Part shown: piece after piece, positions 19,157-29,245 of the stretch | Position numbering within the stretch: the first letter of the stretch is position 1 | Layout: each line of letters starts with the position of its first letter | Origin: Prevotella phage Lak-C1 | Strand: one strand, 5' to 3' | Sequence record: MK250029.1 | DNA: 32,000 bases | Translations under genes and position numbers: made by a program | Notes under the pieces: generated by a model | Told to the model about the DNA's origin: nothing | Databases searched by the model: none | The model's input: the letters and a program-made list of their open reading frames with translations, nothing else

Positions 19157-19186
19157 AAGTCTATAACCATACAAAGTTATAGACTT
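19157..19186 (-). terminator. intrinsic terminator downstream of the homing-endonuclease-like gene
   Basis: 11-bp stem AAGTCTATAAC / GTTATAGACTT followed on the minus strand by a T tract. Confidence 0.75.
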
Positions 19187-19193
19187 AAATTTA

Positions 19194-20075
19194 TTATGCT
19201 TGTTTCTTATTTAATGCATAAAAATAATTCTTTAATTCAGAAAATGAAAAGAATTCTAAATAATTTAAACCATGTTTTTCTGCAATTTTTCTTTTCATAA
19301 TATCTCTATTTGTCCATACATCAATAGCAGAAATATAATAATCTTTTTCTTTCGATCTCTTTTTCCATAAATTTAATTTCTTAATATCGTCAGGATTGTT
19401 TTTATCAAAACAATGTTTACCATGTGTCCAATGAAAATTACATTCAATATATAAATCGTTATCTGCAATATAAAAATCACACGCAAATGGATAATCTTCA
19501 GACTTATATTGTCTTCTAATATCATTATACATTGTTTTCAGAAGTTCATATACTTTATCTTCCTCTTTTGAACATGTATGTGTTTTATGTTTTGTCTTAG
19601 ATTCATGTATTTTGTCTATTGTTGATTGTAATTGTGTAGGATATTCAACACCATATTTTTCTAAATTATGTTCAATAGTACTTTGTTTAATTAACTCTGA
19701 TTTTTGAACGTTATCAACTCCATATTTTTTTAATACGGTTTCTTTACGTTTTTCTTTTACATAGTCGCTAGCTAATGCCATTTCAGTACCATAACGTTCT
19801 AAATTTGTTGCTTTAATTTTATCCCAAACTTTCTATGATTTTGCGGGGTTATCTACACCATATCTTTCTATACATGTTTTCTTTATTTTCTCTTTAACAC
19901 TTTCTAATTGAAATGGATTTGAAACACCAAAACGATTAAAAAATGTTTGTTTAGATAATGTAGATATACATTTTTGATTTCCACAAGTTTTATTATAATG
20001 TCCATGCGACTATTTACATATATTACCACATATAGGACATTTAGGTATATTAGTATTATTTATATTCTATTCCAT
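19194..20075 (-). CDS. homing-endonuclease-like protein, 293 aa, with 3 in-frame TAG
   Basis: ORF-track fragment 19194-19781 extends through TAG 19833-19835, 20010-20012 and 20067-20069 to ATG 20073-20075; Cys4-like finger 'CPICGNICKQSHGHYNKTCGNQKC', repeated 'RYGVxNPxxSxxVxxKIKxTxxxRYG' modules, C-terminal restriction-endonuclease-like 'FACDFYIADNDLYIECNFHWTHGKH'. Confidence 0.8.
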
Positions 20076-20082
20076 AACATTA

Positions 20083-21633
20083 TTAAATATTTTGTTTTCG
20101 ATGCTCAAGAATATGCTTCAATTCTTCATATTCTGTATTCGCTATTTTCTTATCCATTTTTGCTGCCTTTCGCAATGCAAAATAATGTGTAAGAATTGCA
20201 GGAACCACAGCATCCGGATCTTTTTTATAAACAGCACCGGAACATGTTTTAATTTCATCAGATTTCGGTATATAATTCTCATCTTTAAACAAAAATGATT
20301 CTGGTGAAATCTGGAACTGCCTCATGATACTCGGATATAGGGAAGCGAAATCCAGTCCACCTATGTATTTGAAGATACCGGGTCTAGTAGGCCACACAAA
20401 AGCTCCATTATATGAGTCAGATTCTGAATTGTCTGTTTTTTTATAAGATTTCTCTGGTATTACTTTATAATTTGGATACACAAAGTTACACATTACGACA
20501 TGTGTAGGTTGAATTGTTGAGAATGCAACATTTAATTCAAGTCTGAGTTCACATGCGAGCATATACCAGATTTCAGCAGTTTTTAGGAATTTATCGATAT
20601 GTTCTACCAATATTGTATCGATGCAATTATAAAATACATATTCTTTGAAATGTTCTTCATAGAATTCTTTGAATCCCCAAGGGTGATTAACTTTTTTGAT
20701 GCCTAATGCTTTTTCTGCAACGAAGTCAAGTGTATTATTTTCTTTAGGTTGAATTGTCATATCCCATGTTTTATATACGAGTAAGTAGTCATATATAATT
20801 TTGTGCATTGGGACTTTAACATTAATTGTTTTACCTCCAGCGCGTGGTGTAATTTTAAAGTTTGTAAATGTTCTGGTAGGAGATATTCTTTCAATATCAA
20901 TATTATTGATTTTGCATCTATTATAGATATATAACCAGTCGAATCCAAGGAAATTCCAACCAGACATTGCAGTAATTGGTGTGATGAAGTCTATGAAGTC
21001 TTCAAGCATTTCTCTTTCAGTAGGGAAATATCTGAATTCGAATTTATATCCTTTAGTTATATGGGTACCATTATTTTTTTCTGAATATTGTTCTATTTGT
21101 TCTTGAACCCAAATTTTTTCTTCTTCTGTTAGATTTTTTCTGGACCAAATAATTGTTTGTGGAAATTTGGTCATTGATATTGTATTGATTCTTGTAGATG
21201 CTTCTTCTGGATCAGGAAAACCATCTTCAGAAACTTCTGTTTCAATATCGCACCACCATGTTGGCGGAATATTCATTTCAAATAATGGGTCAACTGCTTT
21301 TCCGAATGAATTTAGAATTTCATTTATACGAAGTTCTGGAAGTTTATCTACAGGATTTCTTCTAACCCATTTATTATCATATGATTTCCATTGATGCATA
21401 ACAGGAGTTCCATCGGGATTGAACTTATATTGTTTTGTTGCAAAATCATATTCTTGAAATGGTTTATCTGCATTTGCTTTATTTGTATATTTCCATTCGA
21501 ACATTGATTCTTTAGGAACAGGATATTGTAAAAATTTAACATCTCCTTTTTTATCTACATATGAAACAAGTAATTTCTTTGTAGGTGTTCCATCTGGTAA
21601 TATAAAATCTATCTATTCTTTATTAATAATCAT
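20083..21633 (-). CDS. DNA polymerase family B, N-terminal fragment (exonuclease plus motif A), with 1 in-frame TAG
   Basis: 516 aa. 'TWWCDIETE' (ExoI DxE), 'AMSGWNFLGFDWLYIYNR' (ExoII), 'YNCIDTILVEHI' (ExoIII-like) and 'GGLDFASLYPSIMRQF' (motif A), then TAA right after 'YEELKHILEHRKQNI'. Motifs B and C absent. Start extended through TAG 21613-21615 to ATG 21631-21633. Confidence 0.93.
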
Positions 21634-21670
21634 ACTTATATTAATGATATATTTTGCTAATAATTATAGT

Positions 21671-21712
21671 AAGTTAATCAGTATAAGTTTAGATTACTTT
21701 ACTGATTAACTT
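21671..21712. repeat. stem-loop spanning the ClpP gene stop codon
   Basis: 13-bp perfect stem AAGTTAATCAGTA / TACTGATTAACTT; no strong T tract. Confidence 0.5.
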
Positions 21713-22297
21713 AAGTTTTAATGCTTCATCTGCTGTTATTACCCAGTCTTTTTTCTTATCGTAAATATCATCAAGATCTGCTTTTGTAATTGCTGTTTCT
21801 TTCATGAATAAATCAAATATCATATCATTTAAGCGTTTTGCTTCTTTAACAGAATCTTCAAGTTCAGCGACTTGACCAACAGCAAGAGATGAAACTGTAT
21901 GAATCATAAATGTTGTATTTTTATATGCAAATCGTTGTTCATATGGAACAGAGAGAAGAATAAATGTGCCTGAGGATAGACATGCGCCAACTGCATATAT
22001 ATTGACTTTACAATGGTTATTAAGATTTCTTAACATATCATGTATAGCCCAACCATCATAACATGCGCCACCAAAAGTATTAAGATATACATTTACATCA
22101 GGCGGAATAATTTTTTCCTTTAACTTTTGATTAAATGTATCTTCTAATATTTTGGTATTTTCTTTTATTATTTTATTATCTTTTATTATTAAGTTATTAC
22201 AAAATTTAATAGTATCAAATGATGTATCATGATTTATATCATCATTAATATAAAATACTCTGTCAGATAAATTGAATGTTTGTAATTCGTTTGTCAT
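21689..22297 (-). CDS. clpP: ClpP-like serine peptidase
   Basis: 202 aa; 'VYLNTFGGACYDGWAIHDML', 'IYAVGACLSSGTFIL' (Ser), 'KNTTFMIHTVSS' (His), 'YDKKKDWVITADEALKLKLISKVI' (Asp region). Confidence 0.85.
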   Translation of the reverse strand: MTNELQTFNLSDRVFYINDDINHDTSFDTIKFCNNLIIKDNKIIKENTKILEDTFNQKLKEKIIPPDVNVYLNTFGGACYDGWAIHDMLRNLNNHCKVNIYAVGACLSSGTFILLSVPYEQRFAYKNTTFMIHTVSSLAVGQVAELEDSVKEAKRLNDMIFDLFMKETAITKADLDDIYDKKKDWVITADEALKLKLISKVI

Positions 22298-22363
22298 CTA
22301 ATTTATTATTATAATTTAACTTTATATGTTATATAAAGAAAATTAACTTTTGTTTGAAATAAA

Positions 22364-22395
22364 AAAGGATATTACATTGTTGTGTAATATCCTTT
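22364..22395 (-). terminator. intrinsic terminator after the lipoprotein gene
   Basis: 13-bp stem AAAGGATATTACA / TGTAATATCCTTT, minus-strand T tract. Confidence 0.75.
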
Positions 22396-22409
22396 AATAT
22401 ATTAATTTT

Positions 22410-23015
22410 TTATCTTCTACCACCAAAATGTCCGGTTCCTCTATTATTTGATGGGAAATGTCCTTGTGTTACTCTTGTTGAACTTCTTCTGGAACCAAAA
22501 CCATTAGGTCTCCCATTAGATGGTTGACTATTAAAATTTGGTCTTCGATCCATTGGTGGACGTTGCTGATTTCCAAATGATGGTCTATGATTTGGTTTAC
22601 CATAATTAAATGGTGGTCGACCATCATGTGGTCTTCCATAATTTGGATTTCTATATGGTCTCATTGGTGGACGTTTAAATTCATAATCACGTGGGCCAGG
22701 TCTCATATAATGTCTATAACCCGGATTATAATGATATACATATCCATGAGGTCTACAATAATGAGATGGATAGAAATACCAATAATTATTATATCTATAT
22801 GGATAATAATATATACCTCTATATAAATAGTAACTTAAAACATTATCAATATAATATGGTGTTCCATATCTAACAACTGTTGAAAATGTAACAGATGGTG
22901 TTGTATATGTATCATCATATTCATAGGGTGATTGTGCAGATGCATATGTAGTTGAACAAGATGCAAATGTAATTACAGTAATTAGCAGAATCAAAAAATA
23001 TTTAATCTTATTCAT
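22410..23015 (-). CDS. putative lipoprotein, P/R/G/N/Y-rich, 201 aa
   Basis: Signal peptide plus lipobox-like Cys: MNKIKYFLILLITVITFASC|STTY; low-complexity RP/YRP/GRP-rich mature region. Confidence 0.75.
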   Translation of the reverse strand: MNKIKYFLILLITVITFASCSTTYASAQSPYEYDDTYTTPSVTFSTVVRYGTPYYIDNVLSYYLYRGIYYYPYRYNNYWYFYPSHYCRPHGYVYHYNPGYRHYMRPGPRDYEFKRPPMRPYRNPNYGRPHDGRPPFNYGKPNHRPSFGNQQRPPMDRRPNFNSQPSNGRPNGFGSRRSSTRVTQGHFPSNNRGTGHFGGRR

Positions 23016-23112
23016 ATCTTTAAAATTTTTAATATTTATATATTAGTATATGTAAAAATGCTATGGGTAAATTCATATTTGTTAATATGAAATACCATAT
23101 ATTTTTATATTA

Positions 23113-23120
23113 CAAAGATA
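23113..23120 (-). promoter_or_regulatory. Bacteroidota-type -7 promoter box TATCTTTG
   Basis: Minus strand ATGTATCTTTGTA, upstream of the 22410-23015 gene. Confidence 0.55.
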
Positions 23121-23144
23121 CATAAAATATTTTAATTATGAAAA

Positions 23145-23894
23145 TTAAATATCAAAATGTTGATCATCATTTGTTTTACCAAATGGTAAATTATATGTTC
23201 CTTGTAATTTACAATTTTGACCAGTAAAATAAAATAGTTTTATAGTATATCCATAATTCCACTCTTCTCCATCATAATATTTTATTGCTTTATTTTCTCC
23301 TGCAATATATAAATTACTCATATATATATGGTCAGGATATGGATCAGATGAATTAGTATAATAACATTCCATTGTACATAAAGGATATATAGAAGATTTA
23401 ATTTTAATTGCACTCCAAGAAGATGGCGAGTCTGTTAATGTACCATTAGAGACAATAGATGGATATACACCATTACTACCTATGTTTCTTATAAATACCT
23501 TATATGTGTAAGTTACTGATGTGCTTTTCTTTTGTTGTAATATAGTAAATAGCGGTGTACCATTATAACTAAATGTAATAGTTCTAGTTTCTTTACTGAT
23601 TGGTATAGTTAAATATATAGGTCTAACTGTTGACATATCTTCAAAAGATATATCAGATGTTTTATCATTTGTTAACTGTGCATTACAGTCAGAGTAGTTA
23701 GACGTTAATGAATACACTTTATGATCACCTAATGTTCCTATAAAATTTCCATCATCTGCTTGTAAGCCAAAAAAAACTTTTTTACTATTTTTTGTAGTAT
23801 TATCAAATAATTTTGTAGTTAAATACCCTTCTGTTAGTGTATCTGCAGAAACTGTTATTATATTATTGTTTGTATATTTCTAAAATTTAGACAT
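23145..23894 (-). CDS. hypothetical protein, 249 aa, with 1 in-frame TAG
   Basis: ORF-track fragment 23145-23717 (GTG start) extends through TAG 23880-23882 to ATG 23892-23894 (MSKFQKYTNNNIITVSADTLTEGYLTTKLFDNT...). Confidence 0.7.
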
Positions 23895-23985
23895 AAAATT
23901 ATAATTTATTTTTATATCTACATCTAATTATGAAATACAATAAGTTATTATACATATCTAATAAAAGAATTTAAATTATAAAAAT

Positions 23986-24027
23986 AAATGGTTAGATTCT
24001 TTATTTCGTTTAAGAATCTAACCATTT
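23986..24027 (-). terminator. intrinsic terminator after the kinase/phosphatase gene
   Basis: 16-bp perfect stem AAATGGTTAGATTCTT / AAGAATCTAACCATTT. Confidence 0.85.
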
Positions 24028-24033
24028 TCTTAT

Positions 24034-25077
24034 TTATGCCTGATAAGAATACTTGTCAAACATTGAATCAATATTAGAGGGATGTACAGCATTAATGCCG
24101 ATTTCATCGCATTTTCTTAATGTATCATGAAAATCATCTATAAGACATACATCCTTAAGATCCCACTTCATCTTATGAGCAAGCTGCTCAATAAAGACGT
24201 GCTTGAAATTTTTATTTCCAACGAACATTCGGTTCTCAACAGGAATTTCAGGAAAATATTTATCAAGCCATTCATTCTTCTCCTTCCACGCAATTGAATT
24301 GGCACATGCAGTAACAATATATACATTATTCATGTCATAATGTTCCTTTACAAAATCAATAACATGTTTCACTGGTTTCAGATTTTTAAATAGTTCGCTA
24401 CTTACAAAATCGGAATTACCATGAATGTCAAGTTTTGCTTTGCCATAACAGGCTAATGTACCATCCATGTCAAGAAGTAAATACTTATTAGTAAAATAAT
24501 CAACACGTATGAATTCATCTACTAATGGAATATATTTATTCTTACATGCTTCAATACGTAAGTTTTTCTTATAAATATCTTCAACTGGAACTTTACGAGT
24601 TCGACCTTGAAGTCTCTTTATACAAACTTCTACTGGAGTATCGAAGAATACACAAGTAATCTTATCTACATTATGTTCTCTCAAATAATCTATAATACTA
24701 AGATTATAATGATTATTAATTCCACCACCATCAAGAATAATATTAACGTTTAGATTTTTTGATTTTGCAATTTCAAAAATCATTCGTCTTGCTAATTGAA
24801 CAGAATCCTCATGAACAACTTCAGGATGTTCATCAGTATATCCTTCTAACATAGGTTTAATTTCATCGGCAGAAATAATCCATGTAGAATTATCAATTAA
24901 ATTATTCTCTAATGTCTCATTAATTTCTTCAAATGAATAATCATCAAATGGATGTGTTGTTGATAATAGAGTTGACAACATATCACATAAATGACCTGCA
25001 TCTGAATAATTATTTGATATAAACGTAGACTTGCCAGAACATGGTAACCCTACGAAATACATAAACTTACTGATCAT
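24034..25077 (-). CDS. polynucleotide kinase / HAD phosphatase fusion (T4 PseT-like architecture)
   Basis: 347 aa: P-loop 'YFVGLPCSGKSTFISNNY' plus kinase lid 'RLQGRTRKVP' and C-terminal HAD 'YLLLDMDGTLACYG...VTACANS...DVCLIDDFHDTL'. Confidence 0.85.
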   Translation of the reverse strand: MISKFMYFVGLPCSGKSTFISNNYSDAGHLCDMLSTLLSTTHPFDDYSFEEINETLENNLIDNSTWIISADEIKPMLEGYTDEHPEVVHEDSVQLARRMIFEIAKSKNLNVNIILDGGGINNHYNLSIIDYLREHNVDKITCVFFDTPVEVCIKRLQGRTRKVPVEDIYKKNLRIEACKNKYIPLVDEFIRVDYFTNKYLLLDMDGTLACYGKAKLDIHGNSDFVSSELFKNLKPVKHVIDFVKEHYDMNNVYIVTACANSIAWKEKNEWLDKYFPEIPVENRMFVGNKNFKHVFIEQLAHKMKWDLKDVCLIDDFHDTLRKCDEIGINAVHPSNIDSMFDKYSYQA

Positions 25078-25083
25078 AACCTA

Positions 25084-26019
25084 TTATAAATTAAATTGAT
25101 CTTTAATTCTATCCCATTTTCTATGTAATATATCTGTACATTGTATAGCATAATTATATAACTTAATAACATCATTTTTTCTAGAAAAATATGCTTGTAT
25201 ACAATTATGATTATCTATACGTAAATGAAAATTAATATTATAATACTAATTAATAAGATTAAATAATTCAATATATAAAGATTTCCAACTTATATGATTA
25301 CTTATGGATATTGATATACTATTTCTCGATTTAGAAATACATCCATCACCATCTAGAAATCCTATTAAAAAATATATTAAATATACTTTATCATAGAATA
25401 TTGAAATATCTGGAGGATTATATGTTTTCTACTTATTTATGAGATTAAAAGTTTTTAACCATTTTTCACAAAATGATTTATCTCCTATACGTATATAACA
25501 ATTCATATATTTCCCAAAAGTAGAATTTGCTTCATGTTCTCTAACATTTGTATTTAATTTATCTGCTAATAACTATAAATTATGTTTATCTTTATTAGAA
25601 AGAGATATAATAAATTCATTTCTTGCAGATATACAACCGTCAGCCATAAAAAATCCCCACCAATAATAGACTTCTTTATTATTTAAATTATTCATAAAAT
25701 TTAAATTACCATGTCTACGACGATTTATATTATGTGAAAATTTCATTCGTTCACACGCTTGAAACTAAATAGCATTATAACTAAGATTTGGAAATGCATC
25801 TAATAATTCCTATTTAGATGCATTATACCATAAATCTCTTAATTTTTCATTATTTTCATTAGTCCACTTAAAATTACAATGTATTTGTAATTCATGAGCT
25901 TTCTTTTTAATTGCACTTTTTGTTCTATTTGGTAATAATTTAATACATTCAGTTAATCCTGATATAGGATAATACTACTTTAATATATTAATTTCATTAT
26001 CAGTCCAAAAATTATACAT
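25084..26019 (-). CDS. free-standing LAGLIDADG homing endonuclease, 311 aa, with 6 in-frame TAG
   Basis: Not in the ORF track. Reading TAG (25975, 25810, 25765, 25573, 25429, 25246) as Q gives 'MYNFWTDNEINILKKYYPISGLTECIKLLPNRTKSAIKKKAHEL...' (HTH/Myb-like), then two LAGLIDADG-like motifs 'YYWWGFFMADGCIS' and 'YFLIGFLDGDGCIS', ending TAA 25084-25086. Confidence 0.88.
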
Positions 26020-26037
26020 AGAAAATTAATATTAATT

Positions 26038-27618
26038 TTAGATTGTGCCATCAAGAAGTTTATGAACTGCATCTTGACGTGTTTTACGAATTTCTGCAAG
26101 TGTAAACTCTTTTACAAGCTTACCGTCTTCAAACACCGTCTTCAATTCATTCTTATCTGATGCTTCATCTTCAATAGAAACTCGATCAATAGGTTTATAA
26201 TTACCATTTTCATCCTTTACAACCATAATAAGACCACGATGTGATTTCTTTGGTGTACCAGTAACAGTCTTTGGATCTTTAAAAATTTCAATAGATTTCC
26301 CATTTACAGAGCACCATGTTGCCTTACATGCAAATGCTAATTGATCTCTAGTATTCATTTGGAAAGAAAATGATCCAATTCCCAAAATCAAATTAGTAGC
26401 AGCAAACATCTTATCTTCAAGTTGTGCATAAATCATTCTTTGACGTTTCATATTGATAGAATCACCATAAAGAAGTCCAATATGTGTATCAAGTACTTTA
26501 TATCCCTTCTTATTAAATGTTCCACCAAATGTATTCCAAAGAAATTCATATGAACCCATCTTTACAAATTGATCATTTGCTTCTGAATCACCACAAATAA
26601 TCTTTACAGGATCACCACTATCAGGACGGATAACTACTCGACCATTTCGACTCATAATCTGTTCCTTATACTTAGGTACGATCTTTGTAATAAAATACCA
26701 GTAATCATATCCGTCTGCTACAATAGAAATAATACCATCAGGAAATTCATCAAGCATTCTCTTAAAATAAATTTCATCATCAGGAATACCAGAATCATTT
26801 GTTGCATTTGAACATTCCACTGAATGTTCTGTTGCTGGTACTGTAGCTGCAATTAATTCTTTCTTAGGGTCTGCTTTATAATAGTACTCAATCATTTTAA
26901 TTGCAGGTACCGATTCAGAACCACAAAATGATGTAAGATGTGCCATGCCTGAAGTGATTGTAGTTTCAAGAGAACTCATACCTCTCATTGAAAAATCATG
27001 ACACAAGAAATCAAGGTTAGACAAATCATTAGGATTATAAAAACCTGTTTTCATTGCATGTCTAACAAGTTCACGTCTATAAACATCTGAAATTGTAGCG
27101 GATGTCATTGGTTGCCACAAAATATTTGAAAGAATAGACTCCAAATAATTAGTAAGCCAAGCAAAATCAGGATGTGTGTTTGTGATTGTCAAAACAGGGC
27201 ATCCGATTGGACAATATGAACCTTCAGGAAGTGCCTTAATTCTAATAGGGAGATAACCAAGTTTATGTAAAGCTATAATGTGATCTACACCTACCTTCTT
27301 TGCAACTGCTTCACCAAGAAATGATGTAGTTAAATCAGTATATGTTTTTCTAACAGTATCTTCATCAAGATTAAAGAAGAAATTATTAAACGTATTAATA
27401 AGATACTTCTTGATAAAATACTGAATACCAAATACAACTACACCTTCATTTGCCTCTGGGAGGTACTTATTTCCTCGTGGTGTAAAATTACTAAAAAGTT
27501 GTGTCATTCCCTTAGGGTACATACAGTGATGACCAAGCTTGTAGCCATCAGTCATAAGCATTGCATTGAGAAGTATGTCTTCTACCATTACATGCTGAGA
27601 ATCTTTTACGTCTGTCAT
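26038..27618 (-). CDS. nadV: nicotinamide phosphoribosyltransferase (NAMPT/NadV)
   Basis: 526 aa; 'LMTDGYKLGHHCMYPKG', 'GSYCPIGCPVLTITNT', 'LCHDFSMRGMSSLE', 'PATEHSV', 'SIVADGYDYW', 'GRVVIRPDSGDPVKI', 'MNTRDQLAFACKATW'. Confidence 0.96.
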   Translation of the reverse strand: MTDVKDSQHVMVEDILLNAMLMTDGYKLGHHCMYPKGMTQLFSNFTPRGNKYLPEANEGVVVFGIQYFIKKYLINTFNNFFFNLDEDTVRKTYTDLTTSFLGEAVAKKVGVDHIIALHKLGYLPIRIKALPEGSYCPIGCPVLTITNTHPDFAWLTNYLESILSNILWQPMTSATISDVYRRELVRHAMKTGFYNPNDLSNLDFLCHDFSMRGMSSLETTITSGMAHLTSFCGSESVPAIKMIEYYYKADPKKELIAATVPATEHSVECSNATNDSGIPDDEIYFKRMLDEFPDGIISIVADGYDYWYFITKIVPKYKEQIMSRNGRVVIRPDSGDPVKIICGDSEANDQFVKMGSYEFLWNTFGGTFNKKGYKVLDTHIGLLYGDSINMKRQRMIYAQLEDKMFAATNLILGIGSFSFQMNTRDQLAFACKATWCSVNGKSIEIFKDPKTVTGTPKKSHRGLIMVVKDENGNYKPIDRVSIEDEASDKNELKTVFEDGKLVKEFTLAEIRKTRQDAVHKLLDGTI

Positions 27619-27735
27619 AAAATTAATTTATTTGTTTTTATTATTTGATTACAATAATAATCTGTTTGTTTGATTAAACTGTAATCGTTATTTATATATT
27701 ATGTTAACTTTAAAGTCTATATTTTTTATTAAAAA

Positions 27736-27769
27736 AATAACATCCTATTTTCGCAAACAAGATGTTATT
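27736..27769 (-). terminator. putative terminator downstream of the 27825-28370 gene
   Basis: 9-bp stem AATAACATC / GATGTTATT with A tract on + (T tract on -). Confidence 0.55.
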
Positions 27770-27824
27770 ATTTGATTTAATTTTTTGTATGTTTAATTAT
27801 AAAAATAAAAAGTTCATTATTTAA

Positions 27825-28370
27825 TTAAGCAACTTCACGTACTTCCCAATCACTGATTTCTACATCATACTTTTCTTTGTTAATTGAAATAGATTTGATG
27901 TTCTTAAGTGACAATGTACGATATTCAATAACTGCAGTACTTGCCTTTTTCTTTGGCATAAATCTTTCCATATATGCTTTGTCAACTACAGAAATTGGTT
28001 CATCATTAAGAATAATATTATTCTTGCAGTAGTTGTTAGGAATGTAAATCAAACATACATTACCTGTACTGATATACTGCATGATGACATTCTTAACAAT
28101 ATGACGTCTATTTGTATCAGTTGCCTTATAATCTTCTCCAAGAATTTTACTCATTGTTTTCTCATAATCCTGTCCAAAATGGAAAGTTACAGAGAAACTT
28201 GTACGAGGATGAAAGTCATCCTTGATTCTTTCCTTTGGAAGACCATCGGTGTTGAACTTATTCAACTTAATATCTGATTCGCCATAAACGGTTACATATT
28301 TACCATTACACTTGGCATTTGCCATAATGTTGATAAACTCGTCTACTGATGTGATAATATTTGTATTCAT
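27825..28370 (-). CDS. hypothetical protein, 181 aa
   Basis: Clean ORF, TAA stop; promoter-like box upstream. Confidence 0.8.
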   Translation of the reverse strand: MNTNIITSVDEFINIMANAKCNGKYVTVYGESDIKLNKFNTDGLPKERIKDDFHPRTSFSVTFHFGQDYEKTMSKILGEDYKATDTNRRHIVKNVIMQYISTGNVCLIYIPNNYCKNNIILNDEPISVVDKAYMERFMPKKKASTAVIEYRTLSLKNIKSISINKEKYDVEISDWEVREVA

Positions 28371-28409
28371 AATCTTTATTTTTAATTGTTTATTATTTCA
28401 TTAACAATA

Positions 28410-28417
28410 CAAAGATA
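28410..28417 (-). promoter_or_regulatory. Bacteroidota-type -7 promoter box TATCTTTG
   Basis: Minus strand GTGTATCTTTGTATTG about 40 nt upstream of the 28370 start. Confidence 0.65.
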
Positions 28418-28464
28418 CACATTTTATTTTGAATAAAAAAATATATAGAGATAAAAACTATATT

Positions 28465-28608
28465 TTACTTAAAATTATCTCTGATGAATTTATCTATCAC
28501 ATCTTTTACAGAATTACATTTAAATTGCGTTTCAACATAACTACCAGTCCAATCTGTATGAACTTTAAAGTTATCTAAAAACCATTTAGAAATTTTTTCT
28601 TTATTCAT
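28465..28608 (-). CDS. small protein, 47 aa (MNKEKISKWFLDNFKVHTDWTGSYVETQFKCNSVKDVIDKFIRDNFK)
   Basis: ATG overlaps the TGA of the upstream gene; below ORF-track size cutoff. Confidence 0.55.
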   Translation of the reverse strand: MNKEKISKWFLDNFKVHTDWTGSYVETQFKCNSVKDVIDKFIRDNFK

Positions 28609-28862
28609 CATTTTTGATTTTTTAAGTCATCAACCAATCGTTCTGTTTCTTTTAATAGAAAACGCAATACTATAAATAATCCACAAAGGATAAAAATAAA
28701 CATAATCCATAATATAGTATTATTATCATGTTTTTCCATTAATATAAAAAACATAATTATATCTATAGATGTAAACGGAAGAATTAAATATATTATCCAA
28801 TTTATTATATGGCGCCAAATTCGTTCTTCTATATAATTATTTTGTTTTATATTATTATTCAT
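28608..28862 (-). CDS. small membrane protein, 84 aa
   Basis: Two hydrophobic helices (IINWIIYLILPFTSIDIIMFFILM, TILWIMFIFILCGLFIVLRFLL); TGA stop. Confidence 0.7.
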   Translation of the reverse strand: MNNNIKQNNYIEERIWRHIINWIIYLILPFTSIDIIMFFILMEKHDNNTILWIMFIFILCGLFIVLRFLLKETERLVDDLKNQK

Positions 28863-28867
28863 ATTAC

Positions 28868-29245
28868 TTATTGTTTAATTTCTCTTTCTAAAATATTCTT
28901 TAATACCCATAATAACATATTATATGCAGTTTCTAACATATTATCATCTGCCGTAGTTTCTGCATGATAAATATCATCATTTTTAATATATTGTAATTGA
29001 ATACATACAGGAGTAATAACGAGGAAATAATCTAATGTTATAATATCATCAATACGTTTATAAATATCTTCTAACGTATATGTATAAAAACCTAATTTAC
29101 ATTTGATAATAGTATCAATATACTTTTCATTTTTATTTAAATTATATTGTCCCTTACCCATATAAACAAGGGAAGCATCTGAAACATCAAGACCTGCATT
29201 AATAAGAGTATCCATCTGTTTCTTTGTTAAAGCTATTTTGTTCAT
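28868..29245 (-). CDS. hypothetical protein, 125 aa
   Basis: Clean ORF; promoter-like box about 30 nt upstream. Confidence 0.75.
   Translation of the reverse strand: MNKIALTKKQMDTLINAGLDVSDASLVYMGKGQYNLNKNEKYIDTIIKCKLGFYTYTLEDIYKRIDDIITLDYFLVITPVCIQLQYIKNDDIYHAETTADDNMLETAYNMLLWVLKNILEREIKQ

Noticed and set aside
19105-20082. Group I intron hosting the endonuclease in the polymerase gene
   Set aside because: No downstream exon in the window and only 89 nt, including a terminator, after the endonuclease ORF; insufficient room for an intron core. Trans-splicing cannot be excluded.
19974-20298. Plus-strand ORFs 19974-20192 and 20092-20298
   Set aside because: Antisense to the repaired homing-endonuclease and polymerase genes; no domain-like features.
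22587-22873. Plus-strand ORFs over the lipoprotein gene
   Set aside because: Antisense of the repetitive RP/Y-rich coding sequence; poly-I/M/W/S composition.
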